Source: an uncultured Nitrospinota bacterium
Lineage (GTDB): Bacteria > Tectomicrobia > Entotheonellia > J063 > CAVPRW01
Assembly (NCBI GenBank): GCA_963707985.1
Contig: CAVPRW010000010.1
Location: forward strand, 224,001 to 288,000
Direction: 5' to 3'
DNA: 64,000 nucleotides
Positions within the stretch are counted from its first letter, which is position 1, and the number at the start of each line of letters is the position of its first letter. A program made the translations under genes and the position numbers. The notes beneath the pieces were generated by a model. It was not told the origin of the DNA and did not search any database. It saw only the letters and a program-made list of their open reading frames with translations. Of this stretch, positions 43,472 to 53,995 are shown in pieces.

Positions 43472-43499
43472 TTGTCCGCCCAGATGGACATGTTATAAT
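43472..43499 (+). promoter_or_regulatory. putative promoter of the glgB cluster
   Basis: TTGTCC ... TGtTATAAT (extended -10). Confidence 0.5.
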
Positions 43500-43549
43500 A
43501 AAAGTTTCGACGTCGTTGACGGGCATATTATCTCTCTGACAGGTGACCT

Positions 43550-45529
43550 ATGAGTACGTACGATATCGGCGGCAAGCCTCCATATACCGCGTGGGAGAAC
43601 CAGCAACACCGACCTGTGTCGTTTGACGTTTCCCTATTAACGCAGGACGACCTCTATCTCTTCAATGAGGGCACCCATTATCGGTTATACAACAAGCTCG
43701 GAGCCCATCCGCTCACCGCCAACGGTGCCGACGGCACCTATTTCGCCGTGTGGGCCCCAAACGCTACCCAGGTTTCTGTGATGGGGGAGTTCAATCGCTG
43801 GGACAAAGCCAGCCATACCTTGCGTTCGCGAGGTGAATCGGGGATTTGGGAGGGTTTCATTCCAGGCGTTGGTCGGGGGACCATCTACAAGTATCACCTG
43901 ATCTCCCGGTACCAGGGGTATCAAGTCGACAAGAGCGACCCCGTGGCGTTTTACTACGAGGTGCCACCCAGAACCGCGTCCATAGTGTGGGACCTGAGTT
44001 ACACGTGGGGGGATCAGCCGTGGATGGCCACGCGCCATGCCAGAAACGCACTCGCCGCTCCGATGGCCATCTATGAGATGCACCTGGGATCATGGATGCG
44101 CGTGCCCGAAGAGGGAAATCGCTCTTTGACCTACCGTGAGCTAGCGCCCAAACTGGCCGAACACGTCAAGCGCCTGGGCTTTACCCATGTCGAATTTCTG
44201 CCGGTGATGGAACATCCCTTCTATGGTTCCTGGGGCTATCAAACCACCGGCTACTATGCTCCTACCAGCCGCTATGGCACCCCTCAAGACTTGATGTATC
44301 TCATAGATTATCTGCATCAGCATGAGATTGGGGTGATCCTGGATTGGGTTCCCTCACATTTTCCGACCGACGAGCACGGACTGGGATTTTTCGACGGCAC
44401 GCATCTCTACGAGCATGCCGATATGCGGCAAGGGCTACACCCCGATTGGAATAGCTTCATTTTCAACTACGGACGTAATGAGGTGCAAAGCTTTTTACTG
44501 AGCAGTGGGCTGTTCTGGCTCGAAAAGTATCATGTCGATGGCTTGCGGGTCGATGCCGTTGCCTCCATGCTGTATCTCGACTATTCGCGCCAAGCCGGGG
44601 AGTGGATCCCCAATCCACACGGCGGCCGTGAGAATCTTGGCGCCATCGCCTTTCTGCGTCGCTTCAACGAGTTTGTCTACAAGGATTTCCCCGCCGTGCA
44701 GACATTTGCCGAGGAATCAACAGCCTGGCCAATGGTGTCAAGACCAACCTACGTTGGCGGCCTGGGATTCGGCGTTAAGTGGGATATGGGGTGGATGCAT
44801 GACACTCTCTCTTATATGACGAAGGACCCTATCTTTCGTCCCTATCATCACAATCTCCTCACCTTCCGCATGCTCTATGCGTTCACAGAGAACTTTATCC
44901 TGCCGTTGTCTCACGATGAAGTTGTGCACGGGAAAGGCTCCCTGCTGGGCAAGATGCCTGGCGATGACTGGCAAAAGTTCGCCAATCTGCGGCTGATGTA
45001 TGGCTACATGTACACCCAACCGGGGAAAAAGTTGCTCTTTATGGGGAGCGAGTTCGGCCAGCGGCAGGAATGGAATCACGACGTCAGCCTCGATTGGCAC
45101 CTCGGTCAGTACGCCCCACACGCAGGTCTGCAGCGCTGGGTGGAAGACTTGAATCGGCTCTATCGCAGCGAGCCTGCGCTCTACGAGCTCGATAACCACC
45201 CGTCCGGCTTCGAATGGATCGATTGCAATGATGCGCCCGCAAGCGTGGTCAGTTGCCTACGCAAGGGACACTTGACGGATGACCTGATACTCGTCGTCTG
45301 TAATTTCACCCCCGTCCCCCGCCTCAATTATCGTGTCGGCGCGCCACGTGGCGGGTTCTGGCACGAGGTGCGCAATAGTGATGCGCACGACTACGGCGGC
45401 TCTGGCTATGGCAATATGGGGGGCGTTGAGGCCGCACCGGTCCCCTGCCATGGCCGACCCTATTCGTTGAATCTCACCCTTCCCCCTCTGTCGGTGGTGT
45501 TCTTCAAGCATGAGGAGTCCGGCGCATGA
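43550..45529 (+). CDS. glgB: 1,4-alpha-glucan branching enzyme
   Basis: [35 protein letters not shown]. Confidence 0.97.
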   Translation: MSTYDIGGKPPYTAWENQQHRPVSFDVSLLTQDDLYLFNEGTHYRLYNKLGAHPLTANGADGTYFAVWAPNATQVSVMGEFNRWDKASHTLRSRGESGIWEGFIPGVGRGTIYKYHLISRYQGYQVDKSDPVAFYYEVPPRTASIVWDLSYTWGDQPWMATRHARNALAAPMAIYEMHLGSWMRVPEEGNRSLTYRELAPKLAEHVKRLGFTHVEFLPVMEHPFYGSWGYQTTGYYAPTSRYGTPQDLMYLIDYLHQHEIGVILDWVPSHFPTDEHGLGFFDGTHLYEHADMRQGLHPDWNSFIFNYGRNEVQSFLLSSGLFWLEKYHVDGLRVDAVASMLYLDYSRQAGEWIPNPHGGRENLGAIAFLRRFNEFVYKDFPAVQTFAEESTAWPMVSRPTYVGGLGFGVKWDMGWMHDTLSYMTKDPIFRPYHHNLLTFRMLYAFTENFILPLSHDEVVHGKGSLLGKMPGDDWQKFANLRLMYGYMYTQPGKKLLFMGSEFGQRQEWNHDVSLDWHLGQYAPHAGLQRWVEDLNRLYRSEPALYELDNHPSGFEWIDCNDAPASVVSCLRKGHLTDDLILVVCNFTPVPRLNYRVGAPRGGFWHEVRNSDAHDYGGSGYGNMGGVEAAPVPCHGRPYSLNLTLPPLSVVFFKHEESGA

Positions 45530-47407
45530 GAGAGGCCGCTCAGGACGCCCCGGCGACGCGGTATCTGCCATCGACCATCGGCGCCTGGACGGTCGGGGAG
45601 GGGCGCTGCCGATTTCGCGTATGGGCGCCGACAGCACAGTCGGTTGAGGTCCATCTGTTACCTCCAGCCGAGCGCTTCGTCCCCATGGCCGGGCGAAGGC
45701 GCGGCTATTATGAGGTGGTCCTCGACGGTGTTGAGCCTGGAACGTTGTATCGGTATCGCCTCGACGGCACGCTGGAGCGCCCCGATCCGGCGTCGCGCTG
45801 CCAGCCGGAAGATGTCCATGGTCCCTCGCAGGTGGTCGACTCGGATTTCGACTGGGATGACGACGCTTGGTGCGGGATCCCGCTGCGAGACTACATTGTC
45901 TATGAGCTGCATGTCGGGACCTTTACCCCGGAAGGGACGTTCGAGGCCATCATTCCCTACCTCCCTGAGCTCAGAGCGCTGGGGATCACCGCGGTCGAGC
46001 TCATGCCCATCGCCCAGTTCCCTGGGCAGCGCAACTGGGGGTATGATGGTGTCTATCCGTTCGCGGTGCAGCACTCGTATGGTGGTCCCGATGGCTTGAA
46101 ACGGCTGGTGCAAGCCTGCCATCAGCACAGTTTAGCAGTGGTCCTCGACGTGGTCTATAACCATCTCGGACCAGACGGGAACTATCTGGGGGACTACGGC
46201 CCCTACTTTACCGAGCGCTACAAAACCCCATGGGGAGGCGCCCTCAACCTCGATGGGCCGTACAGCGATGAAGTGCGTCGTTTTTTCATCGACAATGCCC
46301 TCTTCTGGGTCACCGAGTTCCGCATCGATGCCCTGCGGGTCGACGCCGTCCATGCCATCCTGGACCACTCGGCGCAGCCGTTTCTCCAGGAGCTCGGCTT
46401 GGCGTTGCAGGCACGCGCTGAACACATGAATCGGCGCATTTATGCCATCGCCGAGAGTGCCCTGAACGATACCCGCATCATTCGCCCACGGGAGCTTGGT
46501 GGCTATGGGCTCGACGCCCAATGGAATGATGATTTTCACCACGCCCTGCGCGTATTGCTTACTGGAGATCAGGGTGGCTATTATCAGGATTTCGGGGAGC
46601 TCGGACATCTGGCCAAGGCGTTTCGCGAAGGGTTCGTGTATGCCGGCGATTACTCGACGTATCGGCGGCGGCGGCATGGTAATTCCTCCCAGCACATGCC
46701 AGCGCAGCAGTTCGTGGTCTTCACGCAGAATCACGATCAAGTGGGTAATCGCATGCTCGGTGAGCGCCTGAGTCAGTTGGTCTCTCTGGAAGCGCTCAAG
46801 CTGGCTGCCAGCGCCGTACTGTTGTCCCCTTTCATCCCGCTGCTGTTCATGGGAGAGGAATACGGCGAGGTCGCGCCGTTTCAGTATTTCATCAGCCATC
46901 TCGATGCGCAACTTGTCGACGCGGTGCGTCGGGGCCGGCGCGAGGAGTTCGCCAGCCTTCGCCTGGCACGCTGAACCACCCGATCCACAGGATATCGCAA
47001 CGTTCCACCGCTCCAAGCTCAATCATCGCCTGCGCTCTGAGGGGCATCATCGGGCCCTGTTCGAGTTCTATCAGGAGCTGATCCGCCTTCGAAAAGAGCT
47101 TCCTGCTCTGGCACAGTTGAGCAAAGAGCACATGCACGTGGTCGGCTTCGAACGCGAAAAAACCCTCTGCATCCAACGTCGGTGCGATGTGCAGCAGGTA
47201 TGGCTGATCCTCCACTTCGGAGGCTCCCCCATGTCGCTTCAACTGCTCTGGGATGCGGGGTTGTGGTACAAGCAGCTTGATTCTGCGGAGGAGCGCTGGG
47301 GTGGGTCGGGGAGCCCTGTCGATCCAGCGCTCGCGTCCGAGGGCGAGGTCACCCTGCATTTAGCTCCCGAAAGCTGCCTGGTGTTTGCGCAGATGACCGA
47401 GAGTTGA
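45526..47407 (+). CDS. treZ: malto-oligosyltrehalose trehalohydrolase (1-bp frameshift near 46955)
   Basis: [30 protein letters not shown]-terminus continues in ORF 46904-47407. Confidence 0.92.
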
Positions 47408-47509
47408 TTGCGGACCAGTGCTAGTGTATGTTTGAAACCTGCAGCAAAGCCCGACACGGATATCTTTCCACCGCGAACATGGTGATGGCAGAAGAGGAGT
47501 GCAAGCCTC

Positions 47510-47896
47510 ATGGCGGGAAGCAGTGACACCTATCACGAATCGCTCGATAAACTTTCTTCCACAACCCAAGACATGCACCGGGCGCTCGTCTCTCTGCAGG
47601 AAGAATTGGAGGCCGTCGACTGGTATCAACAGCGCGCGGATGCCACAGAAGACGCCGAGCTCAAAGCCATCCTGGTGCATAACATGCGTGAGGAGATCGA
47701 ACACGCCTCGATGGTCCTGGAGTGGTTGCGACGCAACCATCCGGACTTTTCAACACATCTACGCACCTATCTCTTTCAGGAAAAACCGATTCTTGACATT
47801 GAAGCGGTAGACCGTGCAGCCAATGGCAATGGTGCAGCGAATCCGGGACGACCACAGCGCATGGGACTGACAATCGGGACGATGAAAGGGGAGTAA
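47510..47896 (+). CDS. encapsulin-associated ferritin-like protein (EncFtn/Flp)
   Basis: SLQEELEAVDWYQQR...HNMREEIEH...EWLRR; C-terminal targeting-like peptide GLTIGTMK. Confidence 0.92.
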   Translation: MAGSSDTYHESLDKLSSTTQDMHRALVSLQEELEAVDWYQQRADATEDAELKAILVHNMREEIEHASMVLEWLRRNHPDFSTHLRTYLFQEKPILDIEAVDRAANGNGAANPGRPQRMGLTIGTMKGE

Positions 47897-47900
47897 ATGT

Positions 47901-48704
47901 ATGGATTATCTGAATCGGCGGATGGCGCCGTTCGGCGAAGACATCTGGAAACGCATCGACGAGGCAGCTGCGAACGCGGCACGCGACCTATTGACCGGAC
48001 GCCGATTTTTAGAAGTCGACGGCCCCTATGGCGTCGGCCTGACCTCGGTTGAGGTGGGGCATGATGATTTCTGTCGGCAGCCAACCCCTGAGGAAGCCGG
48101 CGCAGTTATGGGCCGGGCCATCTCGGTACCGATGCTACGCAAAGACCTCCGCCTCAGCATCCGCCGCGTGGCCGCTTTTAGCGATATGGGCCAGCCGCTC
48201 AACCTCACGCCGGTGGAGGATGCGGGGGAAGCGGTGGCGCGGCGAGAGGAAGAGTTTATCTATTATGGCCAGGCCGACTTCCGTTTGCAGGGGTTACTGA
48301 CGGCCGAGGGCCGGGCCCACCACGACGGAGGGGATTGGGGAAACATCGATCAGGCCCTGGAAGATGTCCTAGCGGCGGTCAACGCCCTGGATGCATGGAA
48401 CTTTCGAGGCCCCTATGCCCTGGCCCTAGCACCTGCTCTCTATAATGGCCTGTTTCGACGCTATGCCGGCACCGATATGTTGCAGCTCGAGCACCTCCGT
48501 CGCCTCTGTCAGCGTGGGGTGTATAAAGCTGCCATCCAGGGCGGCGTGCTGGTTGACCCACGGGTCGGCAAGCTCATTATCGGCCAGGATCTTATGGCGG
48601 GCTATATCGGCCAGGACGGCGTGCATTACCAGTTATATGTGACCGAAAGCGTGGTACTGCGGCTGGATGAGCCACGAGCTATATGCACTATCACCACTCG
48701 GTAG
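47901..48704 (+). CDS. family 1 encapsulin shell protein (linocin M18-like)
   Basis: LNRRMAPF..W..ID, GRRFLEVDGPYG, EEEFIYYG, GPYAL, GQDLMAGY. Confidence 0.93.
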   Translation: MDYLNRRMAPFGEDIWKRIDEAAANAARDLLTGRRFLEVDGPYGVGLTSVEVGHDDFCRQPTPEEAGAVMGRAISVPMLRKDLRLSIRRVAAFSDMGQPLNLTPVEDAGEAVARREEEFIYYGQADFRLQGLLTAEGRAHHDGGDWGNIDQALEDVLAAVNALDAWNFRGPYALALAPALYNGLFRRYAGTDMLQLEHLRRLCQRGVYKAAIQGGVLVDPRVGKLIIGQDLMAGYIGQDGVHYQLYVTESVVLRLDEPRAICTITTR

Positions 48705-48781
48705 ATCACACCTCCCCCTGCACGACTGGAGATGCAGACAGAATAGTCCGGCACAACGCCGCCATGTTCCCCGTCACGTCA

Positions 48782-48801
48782 GACCCCTTGGCGAAGGGGT
48801 C
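48782..48801 (+). terminator. hairpin after the encapsulin gene (no U-tract)
   Basis: GACCCCTT-GGCG-AAGGGGTC. Confidence 0.35.
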
Positions 48802-48891
48802 GGGTGCCGACGATGACGTCACATCATCTCTCCCGCTCTCTGGTCCCCTCCCAGTGGGAGACCGAGAAAGACGCTGCTCAAGGGGAAATCC

Positions 48892-51800
48892 ATGACCATG
48901 TTCCGCATCCCGGTGTCAACATACCGCGTGCAACTCAACGGCGATCTTCGCTTCGCGGATGTCCAGGCGCTGGTACCGTACTTCCATCGCCTGGGCATCA
49001 CTGACCTCTACACCTCACCGTTTCTGAAGGCGCGGCGTGGTAGTCGGCATGGCTACGATATCATTGACCACACGTCGGTCAACCCCGAGATCGGTAGCGA
49101 CGAAGACCTGGCGGCGCTCACCGCAGCGCTTGCCGGTTATGGGATGGGACTCATCGCCGATGTGGTGCCCAATCATATGGGCATCGATGATGAAGCGAAT
49201 CGCTGGTGGTGGGATGTGCTCGAAAACGGTCCCAGTTCGCCCTATGCGAAATTTTTCGATATCGATTGGGCGCCGCCCAAGGAAGGCCTGGCGAACAAGG
49301 TGCTGTTGCCGATTCTCGGCGATCAGTATGGCAAGGTCCTTGAAAATGGCGAGATACAGCTGCTCTTCGAGGCCGGAGCTTTCGTGATTGCCTACTATGA
49401 GCGGCGCTTCCCCGTCGCTCCACGATCCTCCATCGCTATCCTCGAACCCTCCTGTGAGCGGGTCCGCGTCCAGCTCGATGCTGGAGATCCACACCTGGTT
49501 GAGCTGGAGAGCATCATCACCTCCCTCAAGGTCCTACCCCCACGGACCGAAACCGATCTGGAACAGGTGCGCGTGCGCCTCCGGGAGAAAGAGGTCGCAA
49601 AGCGGCGTCTGTCGGCCTTAATCGAGACGAGCGATTCGGTGTGCCAAGCGATCGAGCAGACCGTCGCGGACATGAACGGCCGACGTGGCGAGCCGCACAG
49701 CTTCGACCAACTCGAGGCGCTGCTGGCCCATCAGGCGTATCGCCTCAGCTATTGGCGGGTGGCGACGGATGAGATAAACTATCGGCGGTTTTTCGACGTC
49801 AACCATCTGGCGGCGATCCGAGTCGAGGAACCCGAAGTCTTCGAGGCCGTGCATGGAGTTGTTCTCCGATTGTTGGGCGCCGGCCAGGTGACTGGTCTGC
49901 GCATCGACCATCCGGACGGGTTATTCGATCCTGCACAGTATTTTCTCGACCTGCAGGCCGCATGCCGCCGCAACCTGGCAAATTCACCAACCACCGCTGT
50001 TGAGCTGTCTGAGGGCACGACCGAACGCGCTTGTTACGTGGTCGTCGAGAAGATCCTCGTGCGTGATGAGCGGCTCCGCCCAGATTGGGCGGTGCATGGT
50101 ACGACGGGATACGAGTTCCTAAATCTGCTGAACGGCCTGTTCGTCGATTCTGCAGCTGAGCGCCATTTCCACCAGCTGTATGCACGCATGACCGGCCAGC
50201 CGTTTCGGTTTGGTGACACCGCCTACGAGAGTAAGAATCTCATTCTCGATTCGACAATGTCGGCTGAGCTGCATGTCCTCGCCCGCCGCCTTGACCGTAT
50301 CTCGGAGCAACATCGTTGGTCACGGGACTTTACCCTGTTTAGCCTGCAGGAAGCCCTGGCGGAGGTAATCGCTTGCTTCCCGGTGTATCGCACCTACATA
50401 TGCGGCGTCAAGAGCATGGTCGGAGATGAGGACCACCATTACATCCTTTCTGCCCTGCGCACCGCCAAACGCCGGAACCCTGCGGTGAGCGAATCCATCT
50501 TTGACTTCGTCGCCTCTGTCCTGCTGCTCCAGGACCCGGAAGGTATCAGTGAGGCGGACCGGGCCGCACGCCGCGACTTCGTGATGCGTTTCCAACAAAT
50601 CACTGGGCCGATCATGGCTAAAGGGATCGAGGACACCACCTTTTATCGCGTTTTTCCCCTCGCCTCACTCAACGAGGTAGGGGGGAATCCCGAGCGCTTC
50701 GGGCTGCCTATCGATGCGTTTCACCGGCAGAATGCCGAGCGGCTGGCCAACTGGCCGCACGCCCTGCTGACCACCTCCAGCCACGACACCAAGCGCAGCG
50801 AAGATGTGCGGGCGCGGATCAATGTACTCTCGGAAATGCCTCGCGACTGGGAGCGGGCCATCCAGCGCTGGCAATCGATGAATCGCGCCAAGAAGGTTGA
50901 ACTCGATGGTGCCGAGGTGCCCGATCCTCAGGAAGAGTACCTGCTCTATCAGACGCTCATCGGCGCCTGGCTGCTGCAACCGATAGACGAGGAAGCGGCT
51001 GGGCAATTCGTCCAGCGTATCGAGCGTTACATGCAGACGCTCATCGGCGCCTGGCCACTGCGACCGATGGACGAAGAGACGCATGAGCAATTCGTCCAGC
51101 GTATCGAGCGCTACATGGAGAAGGCGCTCAAGGAAGCCAAGTTACATACAAGCTGGATCAACCCGAACGAAGCCTATGATCAGGCCGTCAGGCAATTCGT
51201 CCGCGAAATCCTCAGTCCCGATGACGACAACCGGTTCCTCGCCGATTTCCGACGCTTTCAGGCTCGTATAGCCCAGGCTGGCATGTGGAACTCCCTGTCA
51301 CAGACGCTTCTCAAGATCACTTCGCCAGGTGTGCCCGACTTTTTTCAGGGAACCGAGCTTTGGGACTTTAGCCTTGTCGATCCGGATAATCGCCGTCCGG
51401 TGGATTTTCGCAGACGTGTGACTATGCTCGATGAACTTCAACAGCGGGAGTCGAAGGACCTCATCTCGTTAGTCCGCGAACTCGTCGCCCGGCACACCGA
51501 TGGGCGCATCAAGCTCTATATCACATATAAAGCGCTAAATTTCCGCCGTGCGCACCGGGATCTCTTCGAGCAGGGAGACTACCATCCTCTGACGGTCTCT
51601 GGTGCGAAGGAGGATCATGTGCTGGCCTTTGTGCGGCATCTAGGGAGTTGCTGGGCGCTGGTGGCGGTTCCTCGGTTCCTGGTCAAACTTTCTCCCTCTG
51701 CCCTGCCCCCATTGGGCAAACGGCTCTGGAAAGAGACCGTGCTTCATCTCCCCGAGGGAGTCCCGACTGGTTGGCAGAATGTCTTCACTGGCGAGGCCCT

Positions 51801-51897
51801 CGCCGTCTTCGATGGCAACTCGACCGAGCGAGGGCTCTTGGCGCACGAGGTGTTTCACCGTTTGCCTGTCGCTTTGCTGGTGGGCTCGTCGAGTTGA
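48892..51897 (+). CDS. treY: malto-oligosyltrehalose synthase
   Basis: STYRVQ, DVVPNHM, LRIDHPDGL, VEKIL, SHDTKRSED. Confidence 0.96.
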   Translation: MTMFRIPVSTYRVQLNGDLRFADVQALVPYFHRLGITDLYTSPFLKARRGSRHGYDIIDHTSVNPEIGSDEDLAALTAALAGYGMGLIADVVPNHMGIDDEANRWWWDVLENGPSSPYAKFFDIDWAPPKEGLANKVLLPILGDQYGKVLENGEIQLLFEAGAFVIAYYERRFPVAPRSSIAILEPSCERVRVQLDAGDPHLVELESIITSLKVLPPRTETDLEQVRVRLREKEVAKRRLSALIETSDSVCQAIEQTVADMNGRRGEPHSFDQLEALLAHQAYRLSYWRVATDEINYRRFFDVNHLAAIRVEEPEVFEAVHGVVLRLLGAGQVTGLRIDHPDGLFDPAQYFLDLQAACRRNLANSPTTAVELSEGTTERACYVVVEKILVRDERLRPDWAVHGTTGYEFLNLLNGLFVDSAAERHFHQLYARMTGQPFRFGDTAYESKNLILDSTMSAELHVLARRLDRISEQHRWSRDFTLFSLQEALAEVIACFPVYRTYICGVKSMVGDEDHHYILSALRTAKRRNPAVSESIFDFVASVLLLQDPEGISEADRAARRDFVMRFQQITGPIMAKGIEDTTFYRVFPLASLNEVGGNPERFGLPIDAFHRQNAERLANWPHALLTTSSHDTKRSEDVRARINVLSEMPRDWERAIQRWQSMNRAKKVELDGAEVPDPQEEYLLYQTLIGAWLLQPIDEEAAGQFVQRIERYMQTLIGAWPLRPMDEETHEQFVQRIERYMEKALKEAKLHTSWINPNEAYDQAVRQFVREILSPDDDNRFLADFRRFQARIAQAGMWNSLSQTLLKITSPGVPDFFQGTELWDFSLVDPDNRRPVDFRRRVTMLDELQQRESKDLISLVRELVARHTDGRIKLYITYKALNFRRAHRDLFEQGDYHPLTVSGAKEDHVLAFVRHLGSCWALVAVPRFLVKLSPSALPPLGKRLWKETVLHLPEGVPTGWQNVFTGEALAVFDGNSTERGLLAHEVFHRLPVALLVGSSS
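50950..51117 (+). repeat. diverged 84-bp in-frame tandem duplication in treY
   Basis: QTLIGAW...FVQRIERYM occurs twice. Confidence 0.9.
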
Positions 51898-51978
51898 CAA
51901 TCCCTCGATGAATCCATAACACTTAAAGGGTCCCCTGGACACACTGTCCATGTCATCTCCACGCCTGAAGGAGTATGT

Positions 51979-53976
51979 GTGATGCTGGAATCAGAGGGCC
52001 GCAGACGGGTCGTCATCGAAGGGGTCACACCGGCGGTCGACGGCGGCCGCTTCCCCATCAAACGGGTCTGTGGCGAAACGGTCAGCGTCGAGGCCGATGC
52101 TTTCTGCGATGGCCACGACGTCCTGAGCTGCGTCCTGCGCTTTCGTCAGGCGGACTCAGCTGAGTGGGACGAAGCTCCCATGGCAGCCCTCGGCAACGAC
52201 CGCTGGGGCGGGATGTTCACAGTGTCGCGAACCGGCATCTATCACTACACGGTCATGGCCTGGATCGATCGTTTCACGACCTGGTGGCACGCCCTGGCCA
52301 AGAAGGTCGAGGCCGCTCAGGACGTGGCGATCGACCTACTCATCGGTGCGGAGCTTGTACAACGGGCCAGCATGCGGGCGTCTGGTGCAGCAGCCCAACA
52401 GCTCAGGGCGTGGGCCACCATGATGCAGGACGATCGCCGTCCAGTCGAGGAACGGGAGCAGATCGCCTTCGATGAGGCTCTGCAGCTTGCCATGCAGGAA
52501 TACCCCGAAAGGGCCTTAGCGACCACGTACAGCCCAGAGCTCACCGTGGTGGTCGACCGCCACAAGGCCCGCTTCAGCGCCTGGTATGAGATGTTTCCAC
52601 GTTCCTGTGCGTCCTCCCCAGGGCAACATGGCACCTTCAAAGATTGTGAAGCACAACTGCCCTACGTCGCCGCGATGGGCTTCGATGTGATCTACTTACC
52701 TCCCATCCATCCCATTGGCGTCACCCATCGTAAGGGGCGAAACAACACCACCGCTACCGGCCCCAATGATCCGGGGAGCCCATGGGCGATTGGCTCCCCA
52801 CAGGGGGGTCACCAGGCCATTCATCCGCAGCTCGGCACGTTGGAGGACTTTCGTCGCTTCCTCGCCAAGACGCGAGAGCGTGACATCGACGTGGCGCTGG
52901 ATCTCGCCTTCCAATGCTCTCCTGACCATCCGTATGTGTCGCAACATCCCGAATGGTTTCGGCAGCGCCCTGATGGCACTGTGCAATACGCCGAGAATCC
53001 GCCCAAGCAGTATCAAGATATCTACCCACTAGAGTTTGAAACCGATCATTGGCAGGCACTCTGGGATGAGTTGAAAAGCGTTGTCCTGTTTTGGGTCGAG
53101 CAGGGCGTACGCATCTTCCGCGTCGACAACCCACACACCAAGCCCTTCCGTTTCTGGGAATGGCTCATTCGCGAAGTGAAGCAGGCATACCCCGACGTGC
53201 TCTTCCTGGCCGAAGCCTTCACTCGCCCAAAGGTGATGTATAACCTTGCCAAACGGGGGTTCACGCAATCGTACACCTATTTTGCCTGGCGCAATTCCAA
53301 GGAAGAAATCATCGAGTATTTTACCACTCTCACCCACACCGAAGTGCGGGAATTTTTTCGCCCCAACCTGTGGCCGAACACTCCGGACATCCTCACCGAA
53401 TACTTACAATTCGGTGGGCGACCAGCGTTCATGGCACGGTTGGTGCTGGCGGCCACGCTCGGGGCAAGTTATGGTATCTACGGTCCCGCCTTCGAGCTCT
53501 GCGAGAATCGCCCTCGCGAGCCCGGTAGCGAGGAGTATCTCAACTCCGAAAAATATGAAATCAAGGTGTGGGATCGTGATCGTCCGGATAGCCTCAAAGA
53601 CTTCATCGCCCGCGTCAACCGCATCCGGTGTGAGAACCCCGCCCTACACAGCGACCGGGGTTTGCACTTTCACGCCGTCACCAACGACCAACTTCTGTGT
53701 TACAGTAAGCATGGCGAGGATCCTACGGACGTCATTCTCGTCGTCGTCAACCTCGACCCTCATCATACCCAGTCGGGCTGGATAGAATTGTCACCGGAAG
53801 CCCTCGATGTCGTCCGTGAGCGCCATTACCAGGTTCATGACTTGCTCAGTGACAGTCGGTATCTGTGGCAGGGGCAACGTAATTTCGTTGAACTGAACCC
53901 CAACGTCGTACCGGCGCATATTTTCCGGCTACGTCGGCGCGTCCGCACTGAGCGTGATTTTGAGTATTATCTGTAA
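51979..53976 (+). CDS. glgE: alpha-1,4-glucan:maltose-1-phosphate maltosyltransferase
   Basis: WYEMFPRS, YAENPPK, FRVDNPHTKP, AEAFT, NTPDIL. Confidence 0.97.
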   Translation: MMLESEGRRRVVIEGVTPAVDGGRFPIKRVCGETVSVEADAFCDGHDVLSCVLRFRQADSAEWDEAPMAALGNDRWGGMFTVSRTGIYHYTVMAWIDRFTTWWHALAKKVEAAQDVAIDLLIGAELVQRASMRASGAAAQQLRAWATMMQDDRRPVEEREQIAFDEALQLAMQEYPERALATTYSPELTVVVDRHKARFSAWYEMFPRSCASSPGQHGTFKDCEAQLPYVAAMGFDVIYLPPIHPIGVTHRKGRNNTTATGPNDPGSPWAIGSPQGGHQAIHPQLGTLEDFRRFLAKTRERDIDVALDLAFQCSPDHPYVSQHPEWFRQRPDGTVQYAENPPKQYQDIYPLEFETDHWQALWDELKSVVLFWVEQGVRIFRVDNPHTKPFRFWEWLIREVKQAYPDVLFLAEAFTRPKVMYNLAKRGFTQSYTYFAWRNSKEEIIEYFTTLTHTEVREFFRPNLWPNTPDILTEYLQFGGRPAFMARLVLAATLGASYGIYGPAFELCENRPREPGSEEYLNSEKYEIKVWDRDRPDSLKDFIARVNRIRCENPALHSDRGLHFHAVTNDQLLCYSKHGEDPTDVILVVVNLDPHHTQSGWIELSPEALDVVRERHYQVHDLLSDSRYLWQGQRNFVELNPNVVPAHIFRLRRRVRTERDFEYYL

Positions 53977-53995
53977 CCTGTGAAGGAAGGAGTGT

